Below, in pieces: positions 48,601 to 60,100 of a stretch of 64,000 nucleotides of DNA. How positions within the stretch are numbered: position 1 is the first letter of the stretch; each line of letters starts with the position of its first letter. The stretch comes from a virus (lineage: Duplodnaviria > Caudoviricetes). The notes beneath the pieces were generated by a model. The model ran no database searches, had not been told where the DNA came from, and saw only the letters and a list, made by a program, of their open reading frames with translations. Made by a program: the position numbers and the translations under genes. The DNA lies in IMG/VR virus record IMGVR_UViG_3300007513_000003; one strand, written 5' to 3'.

Positions 48601-48730
48601 AAGTGAAAAAAATGAGGTTATACACAATAAATATGGAAATAATGTACCAAGTTGGAAAAAAACTGGCTACTTATTAGATATTATTTCAGAAAAAGAATCT
48701 ACGACTACCGGCGGTGGTGGCGGATTCTAA
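45665..48730 (+). CDS. Baseplate hub protein (gp27-like) with long C-terminal extension
   Basis: Located between gp53 and gp5; MEIVGDPGYI, GYYRVWEVNSVFQGGEFTQTIEA; low-complexity tail after about aa 680. Confidence 0.55.
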   Translation: MTNGDPNLQVVADKPVPAPDNILHQFTNYTYKISLLSFKTVQNYNDLAEKGSWDWAHANIPKICYTLFSSGGILNDGSEILPARHPKFELDFYIESMTTSGLMGMNSNSRATNLMDLSMAVVEPTGTTLLDRFHEVLTEDGGNWTEKPLLVQIDFLGYDEEGKNVRIKPATRWIPVRIANLDFNITAEGTNYSLEFIMMAVLEADNNPITQSLNLKTIKGKQIQDIFKHLEKEFNREQTDRTTGSFTAGIKPNEAGTWAPKTQEFADSIEFRIGTGGGPAANRLKSAKISPNVAKQTLLKVVPSGHETVARGERGRQTPPKEKFKNDSALRYYGERSDYKIEISAPGQSMLSLVEKVIRDSTYITDQLADNKPLGKVSEAKEVLKDPNKGLDWFKITYVKILKEFDNIRNKYARHTLIQIDPYKVVDPEVTGGKAKPGQNGVRNVARSYDYIYSGQNLDIRNLDLTFNNSFILAMAGVATGNASADQAIIPEEESNVAPDAGNRQDQQSKVAGGQNIKPKSKKFIQDPHATSKQRTGATLMENLYRTPGSDMMSVTMEIVGDPGYIQQDGVLTMATPNKTGAGGGTNGHDPKNGAILCDLDDAHFYLLFKTPRDYDEATGLADFSSSAGGSTLSGYYRVWEVNSVFQGGEFTQTIEATRIYNQWRENIDNPEKNTELMSNDEANNYDFEDAKAAANQLITPGSAEVANEAAVGLDAFGGTGVAPTPMDADEFAGTPLTVKEEMKNRQLTAEAIEVNNEFAGIEGPFPVTETSSSKNFVNPHADFNTAALQNRPQTAAEFRASEASRFGSPSIAQSSGTLASELSTTGSELTPIRPNPADASGPVTFSNSSPAEPYRSSPSFSAGGPVEQYRSSPSFVTTTGGTVLPTPQGNPVGTVALDRHPNISTYETSDQTTVANNDTIMGVERQTIINAGLAAGAGVLAVASLHPAGRIIRAGVAAAAAVLSGTQLAHAWERGNSASEKNEVIHNKYGNNVPSWKKTGYLLDIISEKESTTTGGGGGF

Positions 48731-48745
48731 TAACAGGAAAACACA

Positions 48746-50296
48746 ATGCCTGGTCAATCAGATTATAATAATAAACCAAAAAAGCCAACACCCGGCCTTC
48801 CAACGAGTTCTCGTGATTATTCTGCAAAAGTAGATCCAGGTCCTTATATAGGAATAGTAAAAGGCTATGGCGACGACAGTGGTATGAATCGTATTGGTGT
48901 TTATATTCCAGCATTGGCCGAACAACGGACGTCAAATCCCCACTCTAAATACGATAAAACAGAACAAGAAAGTAATGTAATATTATGTTCATTAGCCTTG
49001 CCGTTTTACGGAAGAACAAATAATTTAGATGTAGGATCTGCAGGCCAATATGAAACAACCACTAAATCTTATGGTATGTGGTTGCCTACTCCTGATATTG
49101 ATACACAAGTTATGGTGGTCTTTGCAGAAGGAATACTTGAAAATGGATATATTATTTCTTATATACCTGATGCATTGATGTTACATATGGTGCCAGGTAT
49201 AGCAGCCTCCCCGGCATTTGCAAAGTCTAAGTCTACAACGAACGCAGGCATCACATCACCAAATTTTGAAGTACCTGTTGCAGAGTATAATAAGTTACAA
49301 GTAAAAAGTTTTGATAAATCCACTGCTTGGAAGAATGTTGAAAAGCCGGTGCATCCTCTTTTTGATACATTGCTTGCACAAGGATTGGAGGCAGATTATG
49401 TCAGAGGCATTAGTACGTCAAGTGCCCAGCGTGAAAGTCCTTCTAACGTATTTGGTATTTCAACACCTGGACCATTGGACTATGATTATGGATCCATTAA
49501 ACAAGGTTTAATTACTGAAAATAGTACAGGATATGATTGGCCTTATAATAGAAAGTCTGGACATACATTTGTTATGGACGACGGTGATCAACAAGGCCTT
49601 AGCCAACTTATTAGACTACGCACAGGAACAGGACACCAAGTTTTACTAAGTGATGACGGTGGAACAATTTACTTAGGAACTGCAAGTGGCAGTGCTTGGG
49701 CAGAATTAAGAAATGATGGCTCAGTAGATGTGTTTAGTGCTAGAGATATTAGCGTTCACGCAGAAGGAAATGTTAATATGTTAGCAGATGTTGATGTTAA
49801 TATACAAGCAGGTGAAGATGTTAATATTTTAGCAGGCCATAATTTTAAAATTGAAACAAATCCGGCCGGGGTTGAAGGCAAGGGCCACGCACATATATAT
49901 GTCAATGGTAACATGAAAACATATGCGGCCGGCACATTTAACATGTCGTCGACAGGTTGGTTTAACATTACATGCAAAGAAGCAATCAGTGTTACAAGTA
50001 CAGCATGTATCTATGTTAAAAGTGGCGGCGGTGCTAAGTACCCTATAAAACTCAACACAGAAGCAGGCAACGTTGCTGAAGAACCAACCAAGGTACCTGT
50101 ATATGAAAATAACTGGGTAAACAAGGGAGAATCCAACACACACGGCGGTAAACGCTATGCTGTTGATGGTAGTTACTCTTATTATACCGCAATGCAACGT
50201 GTTCCGATGCACGAGCCAGATCCAAGAATTAACCAATCAAAGAAAAAGGAACCTAAAGCAGGAACCACCTCACATATTGCTGATAGTAGTAATTAA
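48746..50296 (+). CDS. gp5: Baseplate central spike (OB-fold plus beta-helix; no lysozyme domain recognised)
   Basis: GPYIGIVK, YGMWLPTPD..V.V.F, SGHTFVMDDG, IRLRTGTGHQ, SVDVFS..DIS.HA. Confidence 0.75.
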   Translation: MPGQSDYNNKPKKPTPGLPTSSRDYSAKVDPGPYIGIVKGYGDDSGMNRIGVYIPALAEQRTSNPHSKYDKTEQESNVILCSLALPFYGRTNNLDVGSAGQYETTTKSYGMWLPTPDIDTQVMVVFAEGILENGYIISYIPDALMLHMVPGIAASPAFAKSKSTTNAGITSPNFEVPVAEYNKLQVKSFDKSTAWKNVEKPVHPLFDTLLAQGLEADYVRGISTSSAQRESPSNVFGISTPGPLDYDYGSIKQGLITENSTGYDWPYNRKSGHTFVMDDGDQQGLSQLIRLRTGTGHQVLLSDDGGTIYLGTASGSAWAELRNDGSVDVFSARDISVHAEGNVNMLADVDVNIQAGEDVNILAGHNFKIETNPAGVEGKGHAHIYVNGNMKTYAAGTFNMSSTGWFNITCKEAISVTSTACIYVKSGGGAKYPIKLNTEAGNVAEEPTKVPVYENNWVNKGESNTHGGKRYAVDGSYSYYTAMQRVPMHEPDPRINQSKKKEPKAGTTSHIADSSN

Positions 50297-50344
50297 TCTA
50301 CCTAGGTTAATAGTAGCATATTATTAAAAACACTAAATATTAGC

Positions 50345-50734
50345 ATGGCGATTACATACAAAGGCTTCAATACACAAGGTAAAAAGTTCTCTAATTCTTT
50401 CACATTAACCGGGTTTGATATTGCTAAACAGGATCTTACAAACCATTTTAATATAAGAAAGGGAGAGAAATTACAGTTACCTGATTTCGGCTCTATAGTT
50501 TGGGATATGATTTATGAGCCTTTGAATGAGACTACAATTGAAACAATTAGACAGGATATACAAACGATTCTGGCATATGATCCAAGAATAGAAGGAAATG
50601 ATATTGTAGTCAGACAAGTTGAACAGGGTTTAATAATAGAATTAAATTTGACATTTATTCCGGACCAAATAATAGAACATTTGTTAATAGAGTTTGATAC
50701 AGAAACAACCCGAGCTACATTGAGTACAGTATAA
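50345..50734 (+). CDS. gp25: Baseplate wedge subunit
   Basis: DL.NHFNIRKGEK...PDFGS..WD.IYEPL, YDPRI. Confidence 0.85.
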   Translation: MAITYKGFNTQGKKFSNSFTLTGFDIAKQDLTNHFNIRKGEKLQLPDFGSIVWDMIYEPLNETTIETIRQDIQTILAYDPRIEGNDIVVRQVEQGLIIELNLTFIPDQIIEHLLIEFDTETTRATLSTV

Positions 50735-53700
50735 TGGCACTAACAACACGACAAAATAATATATATAGCGCAGAAGATTGGCAAGTGTTATACCAATCTT
50801 TTATTAATGCTGATTTTGAAAGTTATGATTTCCAAACATTGCGTAAGTCAATGATTGATTATATCAAAACATATCATCCTGAAGATTTTAATGATTATAT
50901 TGAAAGTTCAGAATTTATAGCATTAATTGACTTACTTGCGTATGTAACACAAAACATTAGTTACAGAGTAGATTTAAATGCTAGAGAAAATTTCCTAGCA
51001 ACTGCAAGTCGCAGAGAAAGTATTTTAAGACTTGCTAGACTAGTAAGTTATAACGCAAAGCGTAGTATAAATGCTAGTGGATTATTAAAATTATCAAGCA
51101 TTTCTACAACAGAAGATGTTTATGATTCCAATGGTGAAAATCTAGCAAATAGTAGAATTGAATGGAATGACCCCAACAATGTAGATTATACTGAACAAAT
51201 TAATTTAATACTTAATGCCGCAATGGTAAATTCTCAGAGAATAGGAAACCCTAACAGTTCTAAAACATTGAACGGCATATTAACAGAAGAATATGAAATT
51301 AATATACCATCTGGAACTATCCCTGTGTTTCCATTCACAACTAATATTGATGGAGTAAACATAGATTTTGAAATAGTTAGTGCCACTTTTCAAAATGCAG
51401 ATTTTATATATGAAAAAGCACCTAGCAATGTTGCGCCTTTTGGTTTTCTATATAGGAGTGATGGCAAGGGCAATGGCAGTGACAATACGGGATTTTTTGC
51501 GTACTTCAAACAAGGTACGCTACGATCATCTGATTTCAATATTGACCAAGCAATTCCTAATAGACAAGTTTTAATTAATACCAGTAACGTTAATAATAAT
51601 GATGTATGGCTATATGAATTAGATTCCAATAATGATTTGTATAGATTATGGACACAAGTTCCTAGTGTGGTCGGCAATAATGTAATATATAATAGTTTGG
51701 CCAAAGATATAAGAACATTATACAGTGTAACGTCACGCGAAGCGGATCAAATTTCATATATATTTGGAGATGGTATCTTCTCAGATATGCCTCGGGGAGG
51801 TTTTAGATCTTATTTTAGACAAAGTAACGGATTAACATATGATATTAATACAGATGATATGCAAGGTGTTACGTTAAGTGTCACTTATTTAAACAAGTAT
51901 AATATAACACATACCTTAACCATGGTATTTGATTTACAACAGCAGATTTACAATGCGGCAGAAAGAGAAACAATTGAAGATATTAGAACAAATGCACCGC
52001 AGGCCTATTACACACAAAATCGTATGGTAAATGGTGAAGATTATAATATATTCCCAGTCACGGCAACAAATGAAATCATAAAAGCAAAAGCGGTTAACAG
52101 AACATCCAGCGGTATATCACGTTATTTGGATGTTGTAGATCCGTCTGCAAAATATTCATCTACAAATGTATTTTGTGAAGATGGAATATTATTTGAAGAA
52201 ATATTTACTAATAACTTTGATTTTGAGTTTGTAAACGAGATGGACATATTGCGAATTATTCGTGATAGAATAGAACCCATCTTACGTGACGTTGGTAGTA
52301 AACAATACTATTATAAAAAATATTCTAGAATAACAGTTGCAACCACGACGTGGGAGCAATCAACAACCGGCACCAATTTAAGTACAGGTTATTTTAAAAA
52401 TAATATTGGATCACCTGTGCCATTGGGGTCATCAGCACCTGATGCAAGAAAATGGTTAACAAATAACTCACTAGTTAAGTTTAATGCACCATCTGGAAAA
52501 TACTTTAAAGCAGATGGTAGTTTGCATACAGGCTCAGTTAGCGCGCCAGGAACATTTAGCTCTATATGGGCAATGATTAAAAATGTTGTAGGCGACGGTA
52601 TGAATGGTGGCGTAGGTAATTTGTCAAATGGCAGTGGCCCGGTAACGTTAACAGAGAAAATTGGTGATGGTGCAGAAGTCGCAGAGATTATTCCACAGTT
52701 TGACACTGATTTGTCTTCATCAATTGAAACAGCAATGTTAAACAAAATCTTTAATCACGAAGAATTTGGTTTACGTTTTGATCTTAACGACAGAGAATGG
52801 TATATTGTATTAGCAGAAAATTTAAACGTTTCTGATAACTTTGGATTTGGATATGCCGGTGACACGTCGGGATTGCGTAAGGACGCAAGTTGGATGATTC
52901 GTTTTAAAAGTACTGGCGTGATGTATACAGCAACTTATAGAGGATTAAACTATAGTTTTGAAAGTGATTTAGAAACAAGATTTTATTTTGATGACTCACT
53001 TAAAATTTATGATTCTCGTACAGGACAAACAGTAATAGATTATGTTAATGTATTTAAAATGAACAGTAAGCCTGATGCAAATGACGCATTAGAAGAAGAT
53101 TACATCTGGCAAATTTATGGGCTGGATACAGAATTTACAGGCAATACTAATACACGCAGAGTTCTAGTTACTTTCTTAGATAGTGACGACGACGGTATAC
53201 CTGATAATCCTGATCAGTTTACATCTATTGTTGATCCTAGTGTTAATCCAAATAACAAACTAGTATTTTTTGAAAAATTTACAGAAGCAGACGGTGGCCA
53301 ACAATATAGATTAACTAAAAAAACAATTAATTTAGATTATGATTTAGAAACAAATTTACCATCCGACACATCAATTTTTAAAGATGGTGAAGTTATATAT
53401 TTGACGTTAGATAAGAAGTTTAAAGTTAATAATTCATCTGATAGTACTCTTTTAGACAGTACAGATTATCTAACATATGTAGGTAGAAAAGACTTATACT
53501 TTAATTATAAACACAACTCACCAAGTGATAGAAGAATTAATCCAGGACTGAGTAATATTATTGATTTATACATTTTAACACAATCATATAATGATCAGTT
53601 TGTGCGGTATATTCAAGATAATACAGGTGTTGTTACTAAACCAGAAACAAGTACTACAACAGAATTGGCAACACAATTTGGTAGTTTATTAGAATATAAA

Positions 53701-54129
53701 ATGTTGAGTGATGAAATTATTTTTCATCCGGTAAAATATAAGGTATTATTTGGTAGTAAAGCAGATGCTAATTTACAAGCACAATTTAAAATAGTAAAAA
53801 ATCCAAATTCTCCAATTACTGATTCTGAATTAAAAACAAGAACTGTAGACGCATTCATTGATTATTTTGAAGACGAAAATTGGGATTTTGGAGATACTTT
53901 TTATTTTACAGAATTATCAGCGTTTGTTCATCATGAATTAGCGCCGCACGTAGCGACCATTTTAATTGTACCTACTGGCACAAACCAAAATTTTGGTAGT
54001 TTATTTGAAGTTGAATGTGCTAGTGATGAAATTTTTATAAGTGATGTAAAAGTAGATAATATTGAGATTATAGATGCTGTCACTGCATCTAAGATTAGAG
54101 CAAGTGGCACAATTGTAACAAGTGCATAG
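50734..54129 (+). CDS. gp6: Baseplate wedge subunit
   Basis: DFESYDFQTLR, DLNARENFLATA.RRES..RLA, ETIEDIR.NAP..Y.TQNRMV..EDY. Confidence 0.85.
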   Translation: MALTTRQNNIYSAEDWQVLYQSFINADFESYDFQTLRKSMIDYIKTYHPEDFNDYIESSEFIALIDLLAYVTQNISYRVDLNARENFLATASRRESILRLARLVSYNAKRSINASGLLKLSSISTTEDVYDSNGENLANSRIEWNDPNNVDYTEQINLILNAAMVNSQRIGNPNSSKTLNGILTEEYEINIPSGTIPVFPFTTNIDGVNIDFEIVSATFQNADFIYEKAPSNVAPFGFLYRSDGKGNGSDNTGFFAYFKQGTLRSSDFNIDQAIPNRQVLINTSNVNNNDVWLYELDSNNDLYRLWTQVPSVVGNNVIYNSLAKDIRTLYSVTSREADQISYIFGDGIFSDMPRGGFRSYFRQSNGLTYDINTDDMQGVTLSVTYLNKYNITHTLTMVFDLQQQIYNAAERETIEDIRTNAPQAYYTQNRMVNGEDYNIFPVTATNEIIKAKAVNRTSSGISRYLDVVDPSAKYSSTNVFCEDGILFEEIFTNNFDFEFVNEMDILRIIRDRIEPILRDVGSKQYYYKKYSRITVATTTWEQSTTGTNLSTGYFKNNIGSPVPLGSSAPDARKWLTNNSLVKFNAPSGKYFKADGSLHTGSVSAPGTFSSIWAMIKNVVGDGMNGGVGNLSNGSGPVTLTEKIGDGAEVAEIIPQFDTDLSSSIETAMLNKIFNHEEFGLRFDLNDREWYIVLAENLNVSDNFGFGYAGDTSGLRKDASWMIRFKSTGVMYTATYRGLNYSFESDLETRFYFDDSLKIYDSRTGQTVIDYVNVFKMNSKPDANDALEEDYIWQIYGLDTEFTGNTNTRRVLVTFLDSDDDGIPDNPDQFTSIVDPSVNPNNKLVFFEKFTEADGGQQYRLTKKTINLDYDLETNLPSDTSIFKDGEVIYLTLDKKFKVNNSSDSTLLDSTDYLTYVGRKDLYFNYKHNSPSDRRINPGLSNIIDLYILTQSYNDQFVRYIQDNTGVVTKPETSTTTELATQFGSLLEYKMLSDEIIFHPVKYKVLFGSKADANLQAQFKIVKNPNSPITDSELKTRTVDAFIDYFEDENWDFGDTFYFTELSAFVHHELAPHVATILIVPTGTNQNFGSLFEVECASDEIFISDVKVDNIEIIDAVTASKIRASGTIVTSA

Positions 54130-54137
54130 GAAATACC

Positions 54138-57100
54138 ATGGCAATAAGAAAAACTGTTAATCTATTACCAAATCAGTTTCAAACTGAAGTTAATAAGAAA
54201 TTTTTAAATTCAACCTTGGATCAATTACTGTCTCCGGGAACATTGGATATCGTTAATGGATTCGTTGGTAGACGTGATGTTGATAATTTTAAAACTACTG
54301 ACAGTTACTTATTAGAATCAACTGCTGATAGAACAAATTATCAGTTAGAACCTGCATTTACCATTAAAAAGGATGCAGCTAATCTTCGATTTACGGACCG
54401 ATTGCACTCCGGAACTAGTCACGTTCTTGGACAATCTGCATATGACTACGCCGCAACATATATTGATTTAATCAATGCAGTAAAATCAAGAGGCGGCAAT
54501 AGTTTTGATCATGATAAAATATTTTCTAGTGAATATTATGTCTGGACCCCTCCAATTGACTTAGATAAAATTACTAGTTACGCAAGATATTTTTGGTTAC
54601 AGGACGGCCCTGATGTTGTTGAAATTACAGATAAATTAAATATTGATTCAGAAGTGTTAGGTAAAAAGAACTTTACTACTACCACTGGAAATATAAAATT
54701 TACTAACGGGTTGAAAGTTAAATTTACTCATGCAGACACCCAGCCCACAACTTATTATAATAAAGAATATATAGTTGCAAATGTAGGTAAAAGTATTGAA
54801 CTCATTGAATGGAATAGTTTAATTACACCAGAAAGTAATGTCTATTCTTTAGGCAAGGATTATATCACAATTAAACCTGGATCAATTGACGGAAACCAGT
54901 GGAGTAACAATAATCGCTGGTTCCATGAAGATATCATTGCCAAAACAGCGGAATATAACAAAACGGTTCCAGTGTATAATTCAGCCTTAAGAGCAAAACG
55001 CCCTATTATAGAATTTGATAAAGATCTAAAATTATATAATTTTGGTGTATCTAAGTTAACAAATGTTGATCTTGTTGACACTCTTTTTACAGATGCGTTT
55101 TCTAATTTAGAAGGTTCGGCTAAAGCAGGCACCTTTATTGATGGCGTTGCTGTTGAAGCAGGCCAAAAAATTGTTTTCACAAAAGATGAAGATTCATTTG
55201 TTAATGGTTTTATATATGAAATACAAATCGTAACTATCGGCGGCGTTGAAACTATTCATTTAGAGAAAATTACCACAGTGGCTGACCCTGTTGAAGGGAA
55301 TACGTTAATTGCTAAATTGGGCAATAATGCCGGGAGCCAATGGTATTATAAAAACAACGCATGGATAAAAGGACAAATAAAGTCAAAATTAAACCAAGCC
55401 CCATTGTTTGATATGTTTGATAATGCTGGTAATAGTTTTTCTACATATACTAATAGTAAATTTGCTGGAACAACTGTTTTTAGTTACGCTATAAATTCGG
55501 CAGGTGTTGCGGATACAGAGTTAGGGTTTGGGTTAACATATAGAAATTTTAATAACATCGGAGATATTGTTTTCCACGATAACATTATTAAAGATAGTTT
55601 TGTGTATACATCAGATGTTTTGAATAATATTTCTGCTAATATAAGATTGGCAAAGGGATTCTTGCATAAGTCAACCAGTATTACACAATATAACGTGCTT
55701 AACAATTGGACAAAGGCGCCTTTTGAAAGTAGACAATTTGTCCAACAAACAATTTCTGTCGGAACTGAATTGAAGCAGTTTAAAGTTACAACAACACCAA
55801 AAGCAGAAACAATTGCAAAAAATTTAATAGTAACGGTTAATGGAAAATTACAAGTAAAAGGTGATAACTCTGAAACTACAAAAGATTTTTATATTGTAGT
55901 AAATGATGGCGTACAGTTTATAAACTTTACTAGAGATCTAGTTAAAGAAGACATTGTCGTAATAAAATCTTATACAGATGATTTAATTGAAACTTTAGTA
56001 GACGGAGAAACATATACTATTCCGATTAACCTAAACAATAACCCACTTAATAATTTAGATACAACAACTACATTTACGCTTGGCCAGATTAGAGACCATG
56101 TAGGAACATGTGTTGAAAATAGTTTGGATTTTGACGGAGTGTTTTTTGGTTATAATAATTTGCGTGACATCGGTGATATTAATACGTTAGGAGTAAAAAT
56201 TATTCAAAACTCTGCTAGTTTGGCCAAGGCGGGTTATATCTTAACAAATAACGAATATGACTTCTTTGCTTCTATAGATCACGCAGAAATAGAATATAAT
56301 AAATTTAAGAATTTATTCCTTCAAACAGCTGACAAATTGCAATATAATGACAATCCAGCAACATTTGTTGATTTAATCTTAATTACAATGTTTGCTGGTA
56401 AAAATAGTACAATGCCTTATTACGATAGTGATATGGTACCATTTTCAACAGATAATACAGAAACAACTTATGTTGTTTTTGATATTGATAATAAAAAGTT
56501 TGAACTTAAAAGAACATATAACGACACTACACCAGGCCAAACAGCTGTTTTAATTTATCACAATGATGTACTATTAATTAAAGATCAAGATTACACTTTT
56601 TCTACAACAACACCATTTGTAACATTGACAGATTCTGTTACTTTGGTAGCGAATGATAAGATTAAATTAGTAGAATATAATACGACACTTGGCAATTTCA
56701 TACCACCAACGCCAACTAAGTTAGGATTATATCCAAAATATACTCCTAAAAAATACACAGATAATTCCTATGTAACATCGATATCGGCAATTCAAGGACA
56801 CGATGGCTCTATTATTCCAGCGTATGGGGACTACAAAGATGACGTTTTATTAGAATTAGAAAAGAAAATTTATAATAATATTAAGGCTACATATAATAAA
56901 GATTTACTTAGTAAATTTGAAATCATACCAGGTCATATAAGAAAACTGCCATTCACATTAGACGATATTAATATTATTACATCTGCGTTTTTGTCACAGT
57001 GGGCATACCGCAATAATGTTAACTATACTGATAATACACATTATGACTCATCAAATCCTTATACGTGGAATTACAGTTTAGTAAAAAATAAACTTAACTC

Positions 57101-60100
57101 GTCTGAATTTTTGCCAGGTTCTTGGAGAGGTATTTACAAATACTTTTATGATACAGATCGCCCACATTCTCATCCGTGGGAAATGCTTGGTTTTTTTGAG
57201 AAACCGAGTTGGTGGGAGAAAGAGTATGGGCCAGCACCGTATACAAAAGACAACCTAATATTGTGGCAAGATTTAGAAGATGGTAAAATTGTAAGTGGTC
57301 CTGATGCCGGCACTTATGACAAATATAAACGCACCGGAATGGTTGCAAATTATATTCCAGTAGATTCATCAGGCGCGCTATTAAATCCACGTGAGATAGG
57401 CCTTACAGGTGTAATTGATACAGATACCACTAGTGATTGGAAAGCGGGGGACGATGGCCCGGCTGAAACTGCGTGGAAGAGATCTAGTAGTTATCCCTTT
57501 GCAGTGCAAAAACTATTTGCATTAACTAAACCTGCAAAATATTTTGAATTGATGTATGATGTATCTAACGTAACAAAAAATTTAGTTGGGCACTATGTAG
57601 ACAAAGATACAGGGTTATTCCTTGTTCCCAATTCCGTAAAGACAAACGGGTTTGTTAATACAGATAAATCAATTGATTATACTCTTGGTTATGGCAACTG
57701 GTTAGTTGATCATGCAAAATATTTAAGTAGTGATACTGTAAAACTTAACACAAATTTAAATACTTTAAGTCTTAATTTGGCTTATAAGATAGCCGGATTC
57801 ACAGATAAAGAAAAATTAAAAATTATATTAGAACAAATTTCACCTACTAGATCTTCTAATGACATTTTTGTGCCACAAGAAGATTATTCTTTATACTTGC
57901 TTGAAGGCAAACCCTTAGCAAAAATAAATTATTCAGGCTTGTTAATTGAAAGAACACACACCGGATACATTATTGACGGTTATTCAGTTGATACTCCTTA
58001 TTTTAATATATTAAAAAGTATTACTACATCTGGTAATACAAGACAGGTATCTGTTGGAGGAATACAACTTGATTCAATTCCATATGAACTAGGTAAAGAA
58101 TATGCTATTGGTCAAGTTGTGGAAGTAGGTCAAAATACTTTCTATATTGTTAACGCTGAGTTTACAGCAACAAATAATTTTGATGATGATAGACAATATT
58201 TAACTAGTACACCAACAGTTCCTACACAAGGAGGAATCACTGTACTTCATCATGATGATTTTCAAAGCACCACTACAAAAGTACCTTATAAAACAGAATA
58301 TAACACTATACAAGATGTATATGATTTCATTATAAGTTATGGAAGATATTTAGAATCTGTTGGCCTAGTATTTGATAATGTTAGCGATGATTTTGGCCAA
58401 ATTGAAGACTGGGACAATTCAGCAAGGGAATTCTTATTCTGGACTCAGGCCAACTTTGGTCCAGGGTCATTAATAACAATGAGTGCTGGTAGTAATACTT
58501 TCAAATTTAACTTAAACCAAACACAAGTTAGCAATTTAGTAAGTAATATTTTACCTTCTTCTGTCATTAACCAAAATAAACAAAGAATAGCAATACAAGA
58601 TCTTTTCTATTATAGAGAAGATAACATGTTCCAACTAAGTTCAAGTGAAGAAGTGGATGGCATATTTGCTTGTACTTTAAATCCAATACAAACAGAACAT
58701 TTATTAATTCTTGAAAATGAAACAGTATTCAAGGATGTTATTTGGAATTTAACAACAGGCAGTAGACAGAACAGAATTAAGTTAGTTGGATATAAAACAA
58801 GATTGTGGGATGGTACACAGCAATTACCGGGTTATATATTACTAGACGATAGCGTAGAAGTTTGGAATGTTAATTATTCTTATCAGATAGGAGATATTAT
58901 AAAATTTAAAAATAAATTTTACGCCACTAACGTAAGTCATTCTCCTACAGATCTAACAGAATTGGGTAAGTTTGATTTTAGCAAATGGAAACTTTTAGAT
59001 AAAGTAGAAACAGGACTACTGCCTAACTTAGATACTAAAGCAGACCAATTTAGAAGCTTTTATGAAGTTGAAGAAGATGCTAGAATGTCTAGTCTAGACA
59101 AGTTATCCACTAATCTAATAGGATATCAAAGTAGAAGATATTTAGAAAACTTACAAATTGACGACACGGCGCAAAAGAAATTTTACCAAGGTTTTCTTAA
59201 AGAAAAAGGTACAAGTTCTGTAGTTAATAAACTATTAAGAGCAAAAGTTCCTGCTTTAGATACAACAATTGACTTATATGAAGAATGGGCATTTAGAATT
59301 GGTGAATATGGTTCAGTAGACAGTACACAGACAATTGATCTATATTTAGAAGAAAATAAATTTAAAGAAAGTCCTGATTTAATTGAACTCATTAACTCAG
59401 ATGAGCAATATAAAGATATTCACATCACTGTTCGTCCTGAAGATTTGCATCAACGACCACAAGAACCTTTATATTATAGCAAAAATATATTTAAACATAA
59501 AACAGATAATATTAGTAACAGACTAACATTGCCTACAGCGGGCCATGTAAGAACTGATGACTCCGAGCACTCTGTATTAACACTTTCTGATTGGGTTTCA
59601 TCTAACATAATAACAATAACAGAATCTATCGATATACAAACAGAACTACTCGGAAGAAAAAGCTATACAACTAATGATTCTGTACAATTATATAATGGTT
59701 CCGTAGTATTCTTTAGTAGTTCACAGATTACGCCGTCTAGTTATAAAGGTAAGAATTTTGTAGTATCCGGTGTAGGCGAATCAATACAACTTACCGAAAA
59801 AACAGAATTTTTAAATTCTTTAAAAATTGGTGACAAAATTTGGGTAGCAAATGCTGATAGTTACCCGCCACAATTTGAAGAAGATTCAAAAGATTGGGCA
59901 ATGTATAGGATTACTAATGCAAATAATTCACCTATAGCAGTGGCTAAAGATAATAATAATGAATTAACTGTCACATTTACATACCCAATTGGAAAAATTC
60001 TTGAAGGTGATTATATTATTCTAAGAAAATTTTATAACACAGCAGACCAGTCAATTGACTTCAGTGGTGTTTATAAAGTTAAAGAAAATTTACTTTCTTC

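Noticed and set aside
19751-50325. Exact 16-nt repeat ATAGTAGCATATTATT at 19751-19766 and 50310-50325 (both intergenic)
   Set aside because: A few such matches are expected by chance in 64 kb of AT-rich DNA, and its orientation relative to the downstream genes is opposite; kept only as a note
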